The notes under the pieces were generated by a model. That model ran no database searches. It saw only the letters and a list, made by a program, of their open reading frames with translations, and was not told the origin of the DNA. A stretch of 64,000 nucleotides of DNA from contig ADNK01003121.1 in NCBI GenBank assembly GCA_000320545.1, positions 20,062-84,061 on the forward strand, given 5' to 3'. The translations under genes were made by a program, and so were the position numbers. Numbering within the stretch: position 1 is the stretch's first letter; every line of letters starts with the position of its first letter. The DNA is from Bigelowiella natans CCMP2755. Taxonomy: Eukaryota > Protista > Cercozoa. This document shows positions 1 to 14,068 of this stretch, piece by piece.

Positions 1-171
1 CGTGAGAATATAGTGTGTATACGTGTGTGTGTGTGTATGTGTGTGCAATTTTTACGAAGAAAGTGGGAAGCTGTACATTTACATTTCTATGCGCAATACT
101 GCTACTATTACCACTACTACTACTACTGCTGCTACTATTACTACTACTCCTCTATAATAATGGCCACCCAC

Positions 172-640
172 CGCTGCCGTTTCCAGAGAGACGAGAAGTT
201 CCTTGAACGATACTGCTCCGTCCTTTTCATGTGGTACACGGTTAGGTTTAATATGAGCAACATATGCTCTAAAACCTCTGCTTCTCTCAGGCATTGTCAC
301 TCTACGATAGACACTACCGCATCTTAAAACAACAACAACACCTTATTTTTGTCGTATTTTCGAACGAGATCCTCCAGGCCAACCTCTATAGCTTCGCTGC
401 ATTGCACGTAGATCACATCCACCAAACAAATCAAATCCGTCACACAGTAAGTTAAAACACACATGCCTATGAAAATTCGAAAGTTTCTGGGGCATCTGCT
501 GTAACGACAATATGGTATAATCCTCTGATATAATTTGGATTTCGATGATAAGAATGAGAGTGCACATGGTGTGATGATGGTAATGATGCTGATGGTGCCC
601 GTTGAAAATATTCCGTGCTTTTTCAAATCCTTCATATTTT
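172..640 (-). CDS. EF-hand calcium-binding protein, 5' part (runs off the left window edge)
   Basis: Joining the exon ending at 342 (..EDLVRKYDKNK) to exon 222-172 (DGAVSFKELLVSLE) across GT-AG intron 341-223 gives a canonical EF-hand loop DKNKDGAVSFKE. Start codon uncertain. Confidence 0.55.
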
Positions 641-896
641 GGATTTTTGGATGCATATCCCAAAATAAAACACGAAAAAAACCCAGAGGGGGGGATGGGG
701 CACGTACGTGTTGGAGATAACTCCGTTCCGATCTACGTCAATACTTCCAAACCAGGCCTAAAAAGGTTAATCAAATGTGTTAGGGTAGTTACTTCTTTGT
801 CAAATGTATAAATAACGGTACTGTAAGGGCTTCAAGCTCATCTTTGTCCCATTCGTGGGTAGAGTGAACGTGTTGCATTTTGTATCCTGGCAATAG

Positions 897-3100
897 ATGT
901 CAACGCCCCAGCCAGCGGCAAGACGGCGTTTCCCGATTTTGAGCGCCTCTAGAAGATATGCTGTGCAACTAGGAAGGTATGGACGTCCCGATGAAGGAGC
1001 CAAGGAAGCAGCTCCAGAGGCCAAGTCGAAATTCAAGGGATTGATTCGGAGGGGAGGCGGAAGAGGACAACCGAGAGAACGAATCAAAGAGAGAAGCCAC
1101 AAATCAAGAAATGAAGCCGATATCTAGATGACGACTTGGGTAAATCGGAATGTCGCAAGATATATGACGAACAGTTGGCATTTCTTCTCTGCGACATCAG
1201 TTGTACACTTATAAACAACTATCCCGGTTTGGTCCGAATTGTAACAGACGTTATTTTTTCAATTTTTCCTTGCGACAAGGAAATTTATCCTTTTATCGAA
1301 TTAATTGTGTCCATTTCGCTGGTAATCAACGAGTGAGTACTATCCCTTCCCGGCCCTCGTAAAGCCTCGTAAGGGACGCAGAAGGGGGAACGATCTTGGA
1401 GCTTCTTTCTCACTTCCAGAGAACAACATGAGCTTACCACGTAAGGAAAACACAAATAAGAACACAAAATTGTGTTGATGCTTTAGCGAGTCCTCATGTA
1501 AACCACTACTTTCTATGGTGCGAGTTGGCTTGTTGCTGTTCATCTTATCACACACACAAACACGCACAATGTTCTACTCGCAATCTGATCTTCATATGCT
1601 CGATTTGCTTAACTATGCAGGTATCGGCAGCATGAGACGTGCTGAGAGTCCAATCCCAGGGGTGAGAATGCCAATGAGTGAGGAGGAAAAACAACCCATT
1701 CTTTTCTCATGCTCTTCTTCTCTGAGAAGATGATTTATTTCTATGCCTCATCGATGTTCTCACTTTGTCTTCATTGCCACAACTCCTGCACCACCCCCGC
1801 CTTGCGAATCATTCTCTCAATAGGCTCGGAATTCATTGGGCAGAGTATCTTCTTTGCGACGATCTGGACTACAGTTACGTTGATATTTTCGCAAGTAACC
1901 CACCGTCTCTTGACAGTTGATACATCGTTTAATAGAATATCCAACTCTCCTCGAAGCTCTCCCAGGAGTTCTCCAAAGCTGACACCAAGGCGCCTTAGCC
2001 ATAACGTATGTGCTGGGGGGGGGGAGGAGACTTCGCCAGCTCTAATTTTTCTTCGAACTAATCAGCTAATTCATATCTTCTCGCGATTTTTATAACAAGT
2101 GCATACAAGCGTTGAAGGCAACGACGACGTTGATGTTGCTGCTACTAATGGCTTCTGCTTTTGCTCACATTTTCCGCATCTGCATTTTAGGTACGAATCG
2201 AAACGAACAGCCCTAGAATGAGCATGAGAGCGCTAAGAACATCGGTAACAACAACTACACTCTGTGATGAAAAAACGAGGATTGATATGTGAGATTGATT
2301 TATGTTAGTACCGCCACCCATAAATGCAAGAGAAGCCTATTCGCCCTGCAGAAACAGAATCCCCTCCCTATGCCTGCTCCCCTCCCCTCCCCTCTACCTG
2401 GATGGATTGATTGGTACTAACCACGGAAATATGATTAATCTCAGCCTCCCAGCGACTCAGCGCTACAGAAAGATGCAAAGAGGTATGATGATAGCCTCGA
2501 AGCGCCAATAAGCAGTGATTTTATCCCCTCCAACCAATCATTTCACCCAACGATGGCTATCGTACCCATATGTTGTTTTGTTTGCTCACCTCTGTTCCTC
2601 TCTCATCACAATGTAGCAGCGCAACTAATTCGCGACGAAGGGCGACCGAGAGGGCTCATAGCCTTCTGAGTCCTGGTGGGGGCAGGTATCTATCGTAGGC
2701 GTAGCAGTCTTCAAACATCGAATCAGCACTCTCGTTGCCTCCAAGATTCTGATGGAGAGATAAAAGCAATTTTACCATGCATCATTGATCTCTTCCTTCT
2801 TCGCAGATACAAGCCAGCCTCCCCGGCAAGAAGACTGTCAGAAAACACATCCTCTCAGTTTGGGTAATATGATACAGTACAATTCGACTTCGCATGTCAA
2901 GTGGAGGGGGGGGGGGGGGGAAGATGAGGGAGTGAGAGGAACAAGATGCGTCGAATCCGAGCCAAAGCTGTAGTAGTAGTTGTAGGTAGTAGTAGTAAGT
3001 AGGCCCCTCAATGGGAAAATGATCATCTTGATGCTGTTCCATTTATTTTAATAGGAAAATGTCGATTGGAGGGAACTCTGCCTCGAGGAGAAGGAGAGGT

Positions 3101-3142
<42 letters not shown>

Positions 3143-3360
3143 AGAATATGCATGCTAAGCTCAATAATATTGAGAATATGCATGCTAAGCTCAATAATAT
3201 ATTATATTTTTTAACCCTTGTGTTTCCCTATTATTTTGTAAATAACGCTATCCAATCTTATATTTTTTTTGGTACGTGACGCTATCTAGTCCTATATATG
3301 ATGTACCGTTCTTTCCCAATTCTCGTGACCATGATACTGTTAACACGCTAAAAGCTCCTA

Positions 3361-3394
<34 letters not shown>

Positions 3395-3419
3395 AAAGAG
3401 CAATTGTGTAGTAAGTCTA

Positions 3420-3460
<41 letters not shown>

Positions 3461-3613
3461 TGGGAGCGTATCCCTAATTTGCACGTAACGGTGTTGTTGA
3501 TAACCAAACTCAGGTCTCTTAGGTTCTCATTTAGCAGGTTGTATTATGATAACAACAAATACATGCACACGCGAGTTGTACGTGTGTGTTTAGGAATATG
3601 TGCAAGCCACATT

Positions 3614-3656
<43 letters not shown>

Positions 3657-4571
3657 TATTCCATTACAAACTATTTCGCCATGCATTGCGAGTATTAGCT
3701 TAATTGTTTCACATCACATCACTGCCATCGTTTCCACCCACCACCCACCCATCCGTGCATCCATCCATTATCCTTAGAGAGGGGCAGCAGCAACAGCCCT
3801 AAATCCAACACCAATTCCCGGAATAACTCTCCTGCAAGGAGTTCCTTCAACGTGCCTTCTAGGCTGCGCACAGGTATCATTCATTCCCATGCGCACTCGG
3901 CCGAAGCTAGGCACCTGCTTTGCCGTCTTTCTATCTTGAAGATTCAGCACACCCGACATGGCTGCTTTTTGCAAGGGCGGGTGCTAATAGCGACATGATT
4001 GCCCTTGCTGTTTTTGTTGTTTTTGTTGTTGTTGTTGCTGCTGCTGCTGCAAAGGCTCGCCTTCTGGATGGAGGAGTGATTCCCGTAAAGGTAAACAACC
4101 GAGGCCTTTGCTTAGAAAAATAAAACGAAACAGAATCACTCCCAAATGCACGTGTGGTTATCATAGAGATAGATGTACTCACGGCCTCCCCCTCGTTTGC
4201 CTCTGCTCCCCAAATTAAAACAGCCTCTCCTCACAAGAGAGCATCATCACCAGCTTCCTTCGGAAGGTCTGCAAGAGCTACTTTAGCTGTTCCAGGCCGC
4301 TCGAAAAGGGCCTCTTCCCCTGCGGCCTTGAAACGAAGTGCTTCCCCGGCTGCTTCAGGAAGTATTGAGAAATGAATAGCAACATATGCAAGCGCTAATT
4401 TGTCCTCGTTTTATAATGCTAAGATGCATGCGTTTTCCGCCGCCTTCTCGCCTAGATTATCCCCCCCCCTCACTCCTCCTATGCATACGATCGTTTCGTT
4501 TTTTAACAGTTTCTCTTTTTAAATGCACAACTGCAGGGCCGGGGCCATTAAGGACAATGAGCCTCGGGTGA
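897..4571 (+). CDS. Multi-exon Ser/Arg/Pro-rich low-complexity protein of unknown function
   Basis: GT-AG-bounded exons with SP/RS-rich translation near 1916 (ISNSPRSSPRSSPKLTPRRLS), 2191, 2807, 3778 (GSSNSPKSNTNSRNNSPARSS), 4173 (KRASSPA repeats) and a final exon ..GPLRTMSLG* ending at 4571. 5' end uncertain. Confidence 0.5.
3139..3198. repeat. Two-copy 30-bp tandem repeat next to a (TA)n tract; each unit is an imperfect palindrome
   Basis: ATTGAGAATATGCATGCTAAGCTCAATAAT x2; ATTGAG/CTCAAT arms. Confidence 0.85.
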
Positions 4572-4781
4572 ATCGATTATTCCATTCTATGTTATTTTAG
4601 TAGAAAGCGATTGAGGAAGCTCCGAGGAATGATATAATCCCTGCTATGATAGCTAGATAGTAGAGGGGAAAGAAGGGAATTTTGCTTGCCATGCCAACCT
4701 GTGCTCGTCATAGTTAATTTTGCTTCAAAGGACTTCCAGTTCTTTAAACCGGATTTCCGATATCATCATGAACTATAATAT

Positions 4782-4814
<33 letters not shown>

Positions 4815-4960
4815 TGCATCATTGAAGTCATTAGCATGCACATACTATCTAAAATTCCCTTAACTCACGGGCACTATTCGGGGTAAGTAACTTGAGGTAA
4901 CATTCTCTGTTGGGTTGATCTGTCTTCTAAGGAGCCGGATTATAAGAAAGGGGCAAGAAA

Positions 4961-5545
4961 TGAATGGAGGGAAAACTCAACGGGTGACTGACTGCTGCTT
5001 TGCAGATCACCACATGCATGCCAAATGATCGTTGTAGTATTTTTCTTCCTGTGAAGTCATCATTCATTTCGCTAACAAAACGGTTTTCCTCAGATGTTCA
5101 GCCTGTCCCAGTTTAAGTACATTATCCATCAATATGAGAGGTGTGTAGTAGTAGCTGGATCTCCTTCCCCTCCCGGTTTCTAGACGTCGTCACCATCATC
5201 ATCGTCATCGCCATCGTCCTCTTCACCACCGTCACCATCCCTGTGGATTGATTGATATCCTAATCACGAATATAGTGAGCTCAAGACTGGAACAGATGGA
5301 ACTGTTACAGAGTAAACCTGCAAACAAATTGCTGATATGATTTGATGATGATGATAATGATGATGATGCAGCTATTAGAGAGACACACACGCACAAGCAC
5401 ACACACACGCACAAGCACACAGACGTTGTCTTTTGCCCGTCGCCGCCGCCGGCATTTCCTTTCTCTTCTTCTCATAAACTATTATTCAGGGATACGCTTA
5501 TTGAGATCCTAATGGCGTTCGGCATGGACCACCAAACAGCCTTGT

Positions 5546-5587
<42 letters not shown>

Positions 5588-6734
5588 ACTTGTAGCCGCC
5601 AATCAAGTGAATACTGCCAATAAGTTCAAAGCGAAGTGCAAACAATTAACGTCGATTCTCTCAGCGATCATCGCTAAATCTGGGTCGATTCCGTTAATGT
5701 TTCTTGCCGTCGGAGTATTGCGATGTTCCATCATGCCTTTACAGCCAACTTATTATAGTCTATCTTGAATTCTGCTGCACAGTGAGGAGGCGCATTATTT
5801 CTTCGAGGTCAACGACGTCACTAGCAGCGGCGTGGTGAGAACACAAACATCATATAACTTGTCACATCGGTCTAGTAGTTCATCAAGTACCGTCGGGTGT
5901 CCTCACGACGGACGCTGCTAGTTGGGCAAGCACATCGCAACGATTTGATTCCCCACCCGCTACAAAGGTTGACGTGGATGAGTTCTGCACCGAGTACGTG
6001 AAAAGACAGAATTTCAAGTACGTTGCCCCACCATCATGATTGCGTCGCATCATAACGATGAGGCGCGAAATGGCATGTCTTCGTCTATTCGAATGGCGTG
6101 CCTTAAAATAAGCAATATACACTCCCTAACATTTACACCACCGAAGCTCGATTTTCGTCATGTGGGGTGCACACGTTCCACACGCGCAAGTGTGATATTT
6201 GGATGGGAAAATGCACCTGTGGCCTTACTGTGATGATGAGCTGATGTTGCGCTGTACAGGCTGATCAATTGCATTCGCAAGAACTTCGTGCATATAGACG
6301 TGGATTCGAGCCATTCCATAGAGAAGGAGGTACTTAACTCCTAGTCACAACTTTGATAGATACCAATCGTCGCTGCTCTGTTGAAACCCCAAAGAGGGCA
6401 AGCATGGTCCTGCAGCCCGAGAATCGAATACATGTCCGGTCTTTTTTTCATCGGTCCATGAGCCCACCACGGATGGATTTGTTTTTATCTTTATCACAGG
6501 AGCTCATTCAAGTTTTGATGGGTGATACCGACTATAACTTCACTCATCACGAAGCCGTTGACCAGGTGGGTGCGGACGGCATAATATACACAAACTTGAG
6601 AGACAACAACCCTTCCCATTTCCTCTTTTATGCATTCTAGATGAAGTAGTTGTGTCGACAGTTTGGCAGGTTTTTCCTCCGCATCCCTGTTTGACTACAA
6701 AACACGCACGCACACGCACGCGAACACGAACACA

Positions 6735-6771
<37 letters not shown>

Positions 6772-7005
6772 GACTTGGCTCACCGATTGGGCTCGCTAAC
6801 TATGTATAGACTTAGCCAGGTGGCTCACTGCTGCTACCTTTGGATTCCCCCCACTGTTACTTTCTCTTCTGTGAAATATGTAGGTGAAGATGATTTTCAA
6901 GGAGGTTGACGAGAATGGCGATGGTACTATGTAGAATAGGTTACGTTTCCTCTGTTTACCATGCTAATTCAGTGGTATGTGCTCAGCTTCATCCGCAGTG
7001 GTGTT

Positions 7006-7044
<39 letters not shown>

Positions 7045-8118
7045 CGGTTGTCACGCATTATCGTGTGCATATCATTTATTTCGCACTATTTCTCCTTCAT
7101 CCTCTTCACTTGTTTCTTCTTCTTCTTCTTCTTCTTCTTCTTCTTCTTCTTCAGGAATGCTAACAATCGAAGAACTGGAGGACTGGTATGCTGCCGAGGC
7201 ACTGAGAGCAAGAAAGAAAAGAGAACAGGTAGCCCTCCGTCCCTCTCTAAGATGTTAACTCAAATTTGGCGCCTTCTTCGTAATGGCTGCACTCCAAAAT
7301 ATACGCGATTGCTGGCATGTATGTGCATGAATACTGGCGATTTGATTCGTGCACAAATCATAGGCAATATTAGCTCGAAGGCATTTCAGAATTGGACAAA
7401 AGTGTATGCAGGTGGACGCGCTTTATAGTTGCGGTGTACAAGTCGTAGTAGAGTGTGTGTGTAAGGGAAGAGAATAATGACACTGGTATTATTGGCGTGA
7501 AGGTCCCGTCTCTCGTTGATATATCCTCCTATTCATCTCTCCGCTTTATCTCGCTTTCTTATCTCCCCACCCCTTCCCCTTTATCTATCTCATTGTTCCT
7601 CTTCCTTCTGTACGTCATAACTACGTACGTGCACGCACCCAACACCCAACGCAAAGCACAAAGCACACAGAAAGAAAGATTCTTTCCTCGCAAGTTGCTT
7701 ATCCTCATACTATCGCTGCCTCCCTCCCCCTCCCTCCCTCTTTCAGCAAGTTCATAAGGAAAAGAAAGGAAGCCCCAAGGGTACTATCTAGCTCACTCCC
7801 TAAGAGAGATAGCAATGCTCTGTATTGAATTGAAAGCACATGAGATTGCAACCAAAAAGAACTGTTGTCAGCGATAGACTCGAATGCAGTTTCCGGTAAG
7901 AAATGCCGTTGGCTTTCTGATTTAGCCTCACGGCCGGTGGACTAAAAACTATCGATGTTTTCCGATGTTTTCCGTTCGTCTTGAAACGTTTATAATTTCG
8001 ATGAATGTATGCTGTTCAGATCTCATGAGGCAACAGACTTCACACGTTAGCAACCTACGACTCTTCACACGTTCTTTCTATCCGGTATGTATGTTCTAGT
8101 TGTTGTATTAGGATTTTC

Positions 8119-8156
<38 letters not shown>

Positions 8157-8377
8157 GTTTGTCTCCCATGTTAATGAAAACCGATTTATGATTAAAATGA
8201 AGAGGGCAGGAACCCGTCGTTTGAGTGTGTGCTGGCACCTATGTGGGTTGTATTGCATATTTTCCTTCCTTCTTCTTATTTTTCCAACTAGGTGGAAGAC
8301 ATCTCTGAAGAGCAGAAGGCAAGACAGTTGAAAGTAATCAGTCCCTCCCCCTGCCCTTTTATTCTCTTCTCTCTTTC

Positions 8378-8419
<42 letters not shown>

Positions 8420-8653
8420 CCTCCCCTCCATTGTGCTACTTCTGTACCAAATGTGGGGTGTAGCCACTTGAATATACCTGGCTATCACGCTTTTGAATGG
8501 CAGCATCTTCTAGTAGCATAGGCGCTGCTGGATTTACGATGATTTCTTGAGTTTCTCCTCATTGGTTATCTAATTTCATCAGCATGAGTTGGACATGATG
8601 AATCTCGATGACTTCGGAAATGCGAACACAGAAATCCCGGTATTTATGCAAAT

Positions 8654-8700
<47 letters not shown>

Positions 8701-8857
8701 GCCCCCCCTTTCTATGTACAGGTGTCTGGGTGTGTGCGCGCGCTCGTGTGTGTGGGGGGGGGGGGTGTGGAGGGAGAGGGTGGGAGGGTTAGCGTATTGG
8801 ATGAGAGTGTTCGTCGTCTACGCTTCTACCTTTTCTAAGCATTGAGCGTTTATTATA

Positions 8858-8890
<33 letters not shown>

Positions 8891-9834
8891 GATATATGCT
8901 ATTTATAAATCAGGTGATCATATCGATCTTCAAAAGAAACTACCCGGAAGTGCGCGAAAGCTTCCTTTACTATAGTTCGCTCGTATATGCCAACACGCCA
9001 GCGGAGGTCACTTACATCCAGAACACGCTCGCCTTTCAGCTACTCCGATGCGACATGATCATCACCGTTTGTTTCCAATCACATCGTGAACGTCTTTACA
9101 TCCTCGCTCACTTTTGAAGCTAATTCTCTCTCTTCATTCCACACGGCCTTCTTCCAGCGCGTTGCGGTTGATTGAAATACACCGATGTTTCTCTCATTTA
9201 TTTTCGTTTCCTCCCCTCTCCCGTTTGGTTCTATTATTCTTTGGGTGTTTGAAGGCGAATATCATCCACATGGACCAAATGAAGCATATGATGAAGGATG
9301 CAAAGCTTATGGTTAGAGCTAACGATCGCTAGCATTTCTTTCTCGCGACGGGCTTCCTTTTCCTTGCATAGTTTTCCTCCTCTATGCTATTTTCAGCAAT
9401 GTTCCTCCCCAAATGCTCGTGATGGCCGTGGACGCTCTTCATTTGTGTTGTGCTCTGTTTGCTATCATTTCAACCAAGGTCAAATCCTGGGATGTGGAGG
9501 AGGAGATTCTGACGTTGAAGAAGAGGCAAGGTATAGTCTAGTAGTGGTAGTAGTAGTAGCAGTAGCAGTAGTAGTAGTTGTTGTTGTAGCGTACAAGTCG
9601 TAGTGGAATAAGGAAGAGGAAGTAGAGCTGGTTTTATCAACCGTGTGAAGGAGAGGGGCGGACAGCACATCTTCGTAAGGATGACATAGCGGAGAGAATA
9701 GTTATCCTCTGAGCCTGACGAGAGTACTACTCATTTATTCGTCTCAGTGTCTTTGGGAGAAGCAGGGTCTTTCGGAGTTCATGGTCTATCACTCGACAAA
9801 ATTTTGCCTGTCTATGTGTTTTTAAGTAGTGTTG

Positions 9835-9881
<47 letters not shown>

Positions 9882-9910
9882 GTGTGTGTATGTGTGTTGT
9901 GTATGTGTAT

Positions 9911-9948
<38 letters not shown>

Positions 9949-11916
9949 AATGAGACACACAAAAACATCGAATAAATCCATCTGAATCGCAGTACATCCC
10001 GTACCGATCTAATCTCTCGATGTTGTCATAAAGGGGTGAATCGAGCTGGGTTCATGGAAGTTCTCGTAAGGTTGTTCCCCAACACTTTTTAGTGAAATGC
10101 GTGTTTTTGGAAAAGAAAGGCCGGGTTGTGATGATTGGTACCGAATTTTGTGGTTTGCGCACAGGGTCGCCGCCATGCACTCCAGAACTCTTTCCAAAGC
10201 GAAGTTGGACACCTCGGACTGGTACTGGACGAATACATAGCATTAAATGCCATAAGAAAGGAGATGACTTTGGAGTGTAGAGTCGAGGCCGAGAGTCCGC
10301 ATTAATAATAATAATACTCGGTGAAACAAAAATGGGATGAATACAAGCAAATTTGAGGGGGGGGCAATACAATAATGGTTTTTACTCCGCGACGCAAAGA
10401 GTAGTAGCAATACGCTCTGGTCGTTGCTTTGGCTTAGGAATCAAACAACAGCTCGTTAATAATAAATAGTATCCTCTTTTTTCTGTTTATCACGTTCTCC
10501 AAACTACCAGGCTACTAGAAATCCTACAGAAGCACCTTCGCGACAAGGTGCTAAAGCCGAGATGGCAGGAGTTCCAACTTCGGTATCGCTTGAGGCAAGA
10601 GGCAGTGCAAAAGGTATTTGCGTGGAAGTAGCAGTGTGCAGATAGGTGGATAGTTGTTGGGATATATATGAAAATGTATTTTTCCTTCTACGTGTATACA
10701 CGTGGTTGTCTCTTCCAGGTTTATACGAAATACATGGATAAACTTTGGCGTGTATACAACAAATACGCAATGAATGTCGGGATCGAAACCAAATTGGTAC
10801 ACTACCACCATTTGTCATTCATTGCCATTCTCTGCTGAAGCATCAAACCAAACGTGCATTGGCGTGATCTTCTGGGCAAACGCAATAAGGAATGAAGCTT
10901 TATTCGCATCCAAAACCGCCGTTTTTCCCCCCTAAGTAGAGGGCAGGATCACAACAGTCCCTTTGTTCAGTTTCGGCAGATTTTCACTTCCTCGTATCCG
11001 CATATGTAGGTGCATCCAATAAACACTACTGGTTTGTTTAAGCTTTTGAAGGTACTGGTTATTAGCTGATTTCACCTGATAATTGTCGATGTTTTGAGCG
11101 ATATGTCGTAAACTGGATCATTGAGATGTCACACAAGCTTGTTGTATTTTATGAAAACTTCCAAGTCCGATGCGAACGTGTAGATACTACGACACGAATT
11201 GCCAGTATTCAAAGATAACGATACATCATTTGACCGACAGGACTGTTTTCCAGAAGTCACATTTACCAAGAAGGATTTCGTCCATTGGTTCGTTCCAAAA
11301 CTATTCTTTCTTTCTCTGATTGTCACTTCCATTCTTTCCGTTTGAGAGATTACGTCTACATGCGCTAAAAATGCTCTTCAGTGAGATTGATTAATTCATG
11401 CTCTTCAGTCGCATTTTCCTTTCTCTTCTGATGTGGCCATTCGTTGTATTCTTTTTTTGCCAATATGTGATATTGTACCACCAGGTTTATGATGAGTCGG
11501 GAAGAGGCTACAGGCGATGGCGGAGCGCGAGAGTAAGTGTCTAAACTAATTTGACGGGCAATGGATTCGTTGACCTCGTCGTAGCAATTCGTAAATCGAC
11601 AACGTTGTAACCTCTACCCCTTGTTCAAATACTATGCTGCAGCCGGCGAAGTGGCAAGATCAATGGAGCAGATGTTTATTGGAACGAATTCTTGGAGGTC
11701 CTTGCCCGAATGGCCTTATACCATCATCCAAAGGTTGGTTTGTAGCGCAATAACGGCACAATTTTCGATCGTATCATTACCAGAGTACAATGGATATGTT
11801 GTTGCTTTCTATCTCAAAAACAACTTTCTTTCATTCAAAGTCAATATTTATTTGGTTTTCAGTCGACCATAGCAATCGCCCTCGAAGCCTTGCTCAGCAA
11901 AGGAAAACTCAAATAA
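4961..11916 (+). CDS. Large multi-exon EF-hand domain protein
   Basis: Stitched exons give EF loops DVDSSHSIEKEE (about 6298-6502) and DENGDGMLTIEE (about 6908-7172), plus later EF-like helices (VYTKYMDKLWRVYNKYA at about 10719; VYWNEFLEVLARMA at about 11693). Last exon STIAIALEALLSKGKLK* ends at 11916. Several middle exons and the start are uncertain. Confidence 0.65.
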
Positions 11917-13146
11917 TTCCATAGTTTGCCTTGTCAGTGGTTATAGTCTCTTCGTCGTCGAAAAGTGTTGATATGTTGTGAATCGCTCTGCGTCACTGAT
12001 ATGACTTTCATTCTTGTGTTTAAGTGTCATGACTTTTTAACCAACATTCATGGATGTAGTGTACATGTGCATAGTTAAATATATGTTTGAAGTGCACAAA
12101 GTCGCATGTAAAAACATTCTGGGAAAAACCGCGATTGTCTTATTCGCTAGAACAATGTAGTTTTCTTGGCAAGCGCAGAAGCATAAAATAGTAAGCCCCC
12201 ATGCTGCCGCGGTAACCATGTTCCGCACAAATCTCGTAATGACATATTGCTCTAGCATAATAATGTGCACATTAAGCAATGCCACAGGGAACATCTTTCA
12301 TATGGTGGTGCGCCAAAACAGTAACAATACAACTGCTACTATCACTGCTACACCATGCACAACTACCTTTTTCCTACACAATACCCAATTATGATTGGCC
12401 ACCGCACTACCTAAAATAATAAAATCCAGCATTTCATTGCAACGCACACACGCTGCACCATTGCACCATGTATTTCATGTGATAGAGAAATCTATGACAA
12501 CACCATAATTAAGGGCATTTTAAAGCACATTATGCACAAATTGCATTTTGCACCATATATTCGTAGAGTGTGTTTATTTTTTGTACGTGCGATGCGTGCA
12601 CGCTAGCACGCATGTATGTGAAGCGTGCCCGCTTGGATTATATCCGTGCGGTGATGATAATGTCGCGAATGTGCGCATACTGATACCATGTGGTGTATGC
12701 TTTATTTTTTGCACAATTGAGACGGATGTTGTGCATTGGTGTGTTTGTTAATTTGTAAATGCTAGAGTTGTGCCCTGGCTAGTTCCACAATGGACAGATA
12801 GACATGCCAGTAGTCTCAGCAGATCATGATCGAGCTGCATGCAGCCATGCACATCTTAGCTTCGTCACTTAAAATGAAATTAACGGGAAACTATGTACTA
12901 AGGGCTCCAGTTTTCAAGTGTATGTTCTACCCAATGAGACTACACATCTGCATACACGTTGAATTTGTATCACACAAGAGCTACTGTAGGAAATATTTTA
13001 GTGAAAATGCTTACACACTAGTCTTATAAATGAACATAAGGTTTGTATTTCATCATAGAAATCTCTCTATATCCTGTTTCGGTTTCTTAGATTCTTATCT
13101 ATTTTTCTTTTCTTAGATCGCACTTAATGAAATGGACAAAGAGTGT

Positions 13147-14068
13147 CTACATCATCACGCAGCACTGACTTTTTACTGGTGTGTCAATGATGTCGTCTGC
13201 TATTTTTTTATCCACAGCAATAGGGGCGACTTGATCTCCAACAGATGCTTTTACATACCTGTCGTCTTTTAATTGGCTGAATCCCTCTCTACTCACCCAG
13301 AACCATGTTTCCTGAGTTTTGTCCCAAACAACAACAATGTTGCCTTTTTCCCGTTCCTCGTTGAGTTCATCAATCCGTTGTTCTAAGATTTTGGCGATGC
13401 GGTAGTAGCCCTGTTTCCTGACCTCTGCTTCTTCCTTATCTTCTAACTTAGTTCTAATATTCTTGCCTTCGGTTGTGTCCGTTTCCATGGCCTTCATATC
13501 TTTCTCCATTCTCCCGAGCATCTCCGCCAAGTCTTTATAGTCTTCAGCTGTGCCGCCAAAGTCATCTGGGATGATTCTCACAAGTGTGTTCATTCCTGCG
13601 ATCTCAGCTCCTATCTTAGCGAGGAGGACAACGTAACTCATGTACTTTAGCACAGGAGCAATGGCAGCCAGTGTTTCCCCCGGAAACCCCACAGTCGTCT
13701 TGTGCAACACACGCCGTTGAGCACCTTTGATAAGCATCGGCGTTTCATCTAGTATATAGACAGTGTATCTCCTCACCAGATCCATCTTCTCACCGGCCTT
13801 CTTCACACACCATTTTAATTTTCCCAAGATCCCATTCCATTCTTCGCTCCAGTCGTCACCAGGTACAATGAGCACGCTGCGTGGGGTTTTGCGAGCCTGG
13901 TCTCCAACGTCATCAGACACCATCACAATCAGCTTGGCGAGTTTGTTGTAGTGGTCCTGAGCATCCTTTTTAAGGCGCTGTTCCAGGTCTTTGATTGCCG
14001 TTTTCAGCTCTTTCACTCCCCCTATTATGTTTTCCTGGCCCGCTTTGCTTTGATGTACTGATATCAGG
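13147..14068 (-). CDS. Long single exon (about 305 codons) resembling the C-terminal region found after Roc-COR in TORNADO1/Roco-like proteins, ending in a CaaX motif (CCVMM)
   Basis: 289-aa ORF that extends upstream to an acceptor TTGACAG at about 14069. Coiled coil, then PRSVLIVP..W..YILDE..H..GFP..IAPVLK pattern. The family call is from memory of the motif, not a search. No upstream exon identified. Confidence 0.5.
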
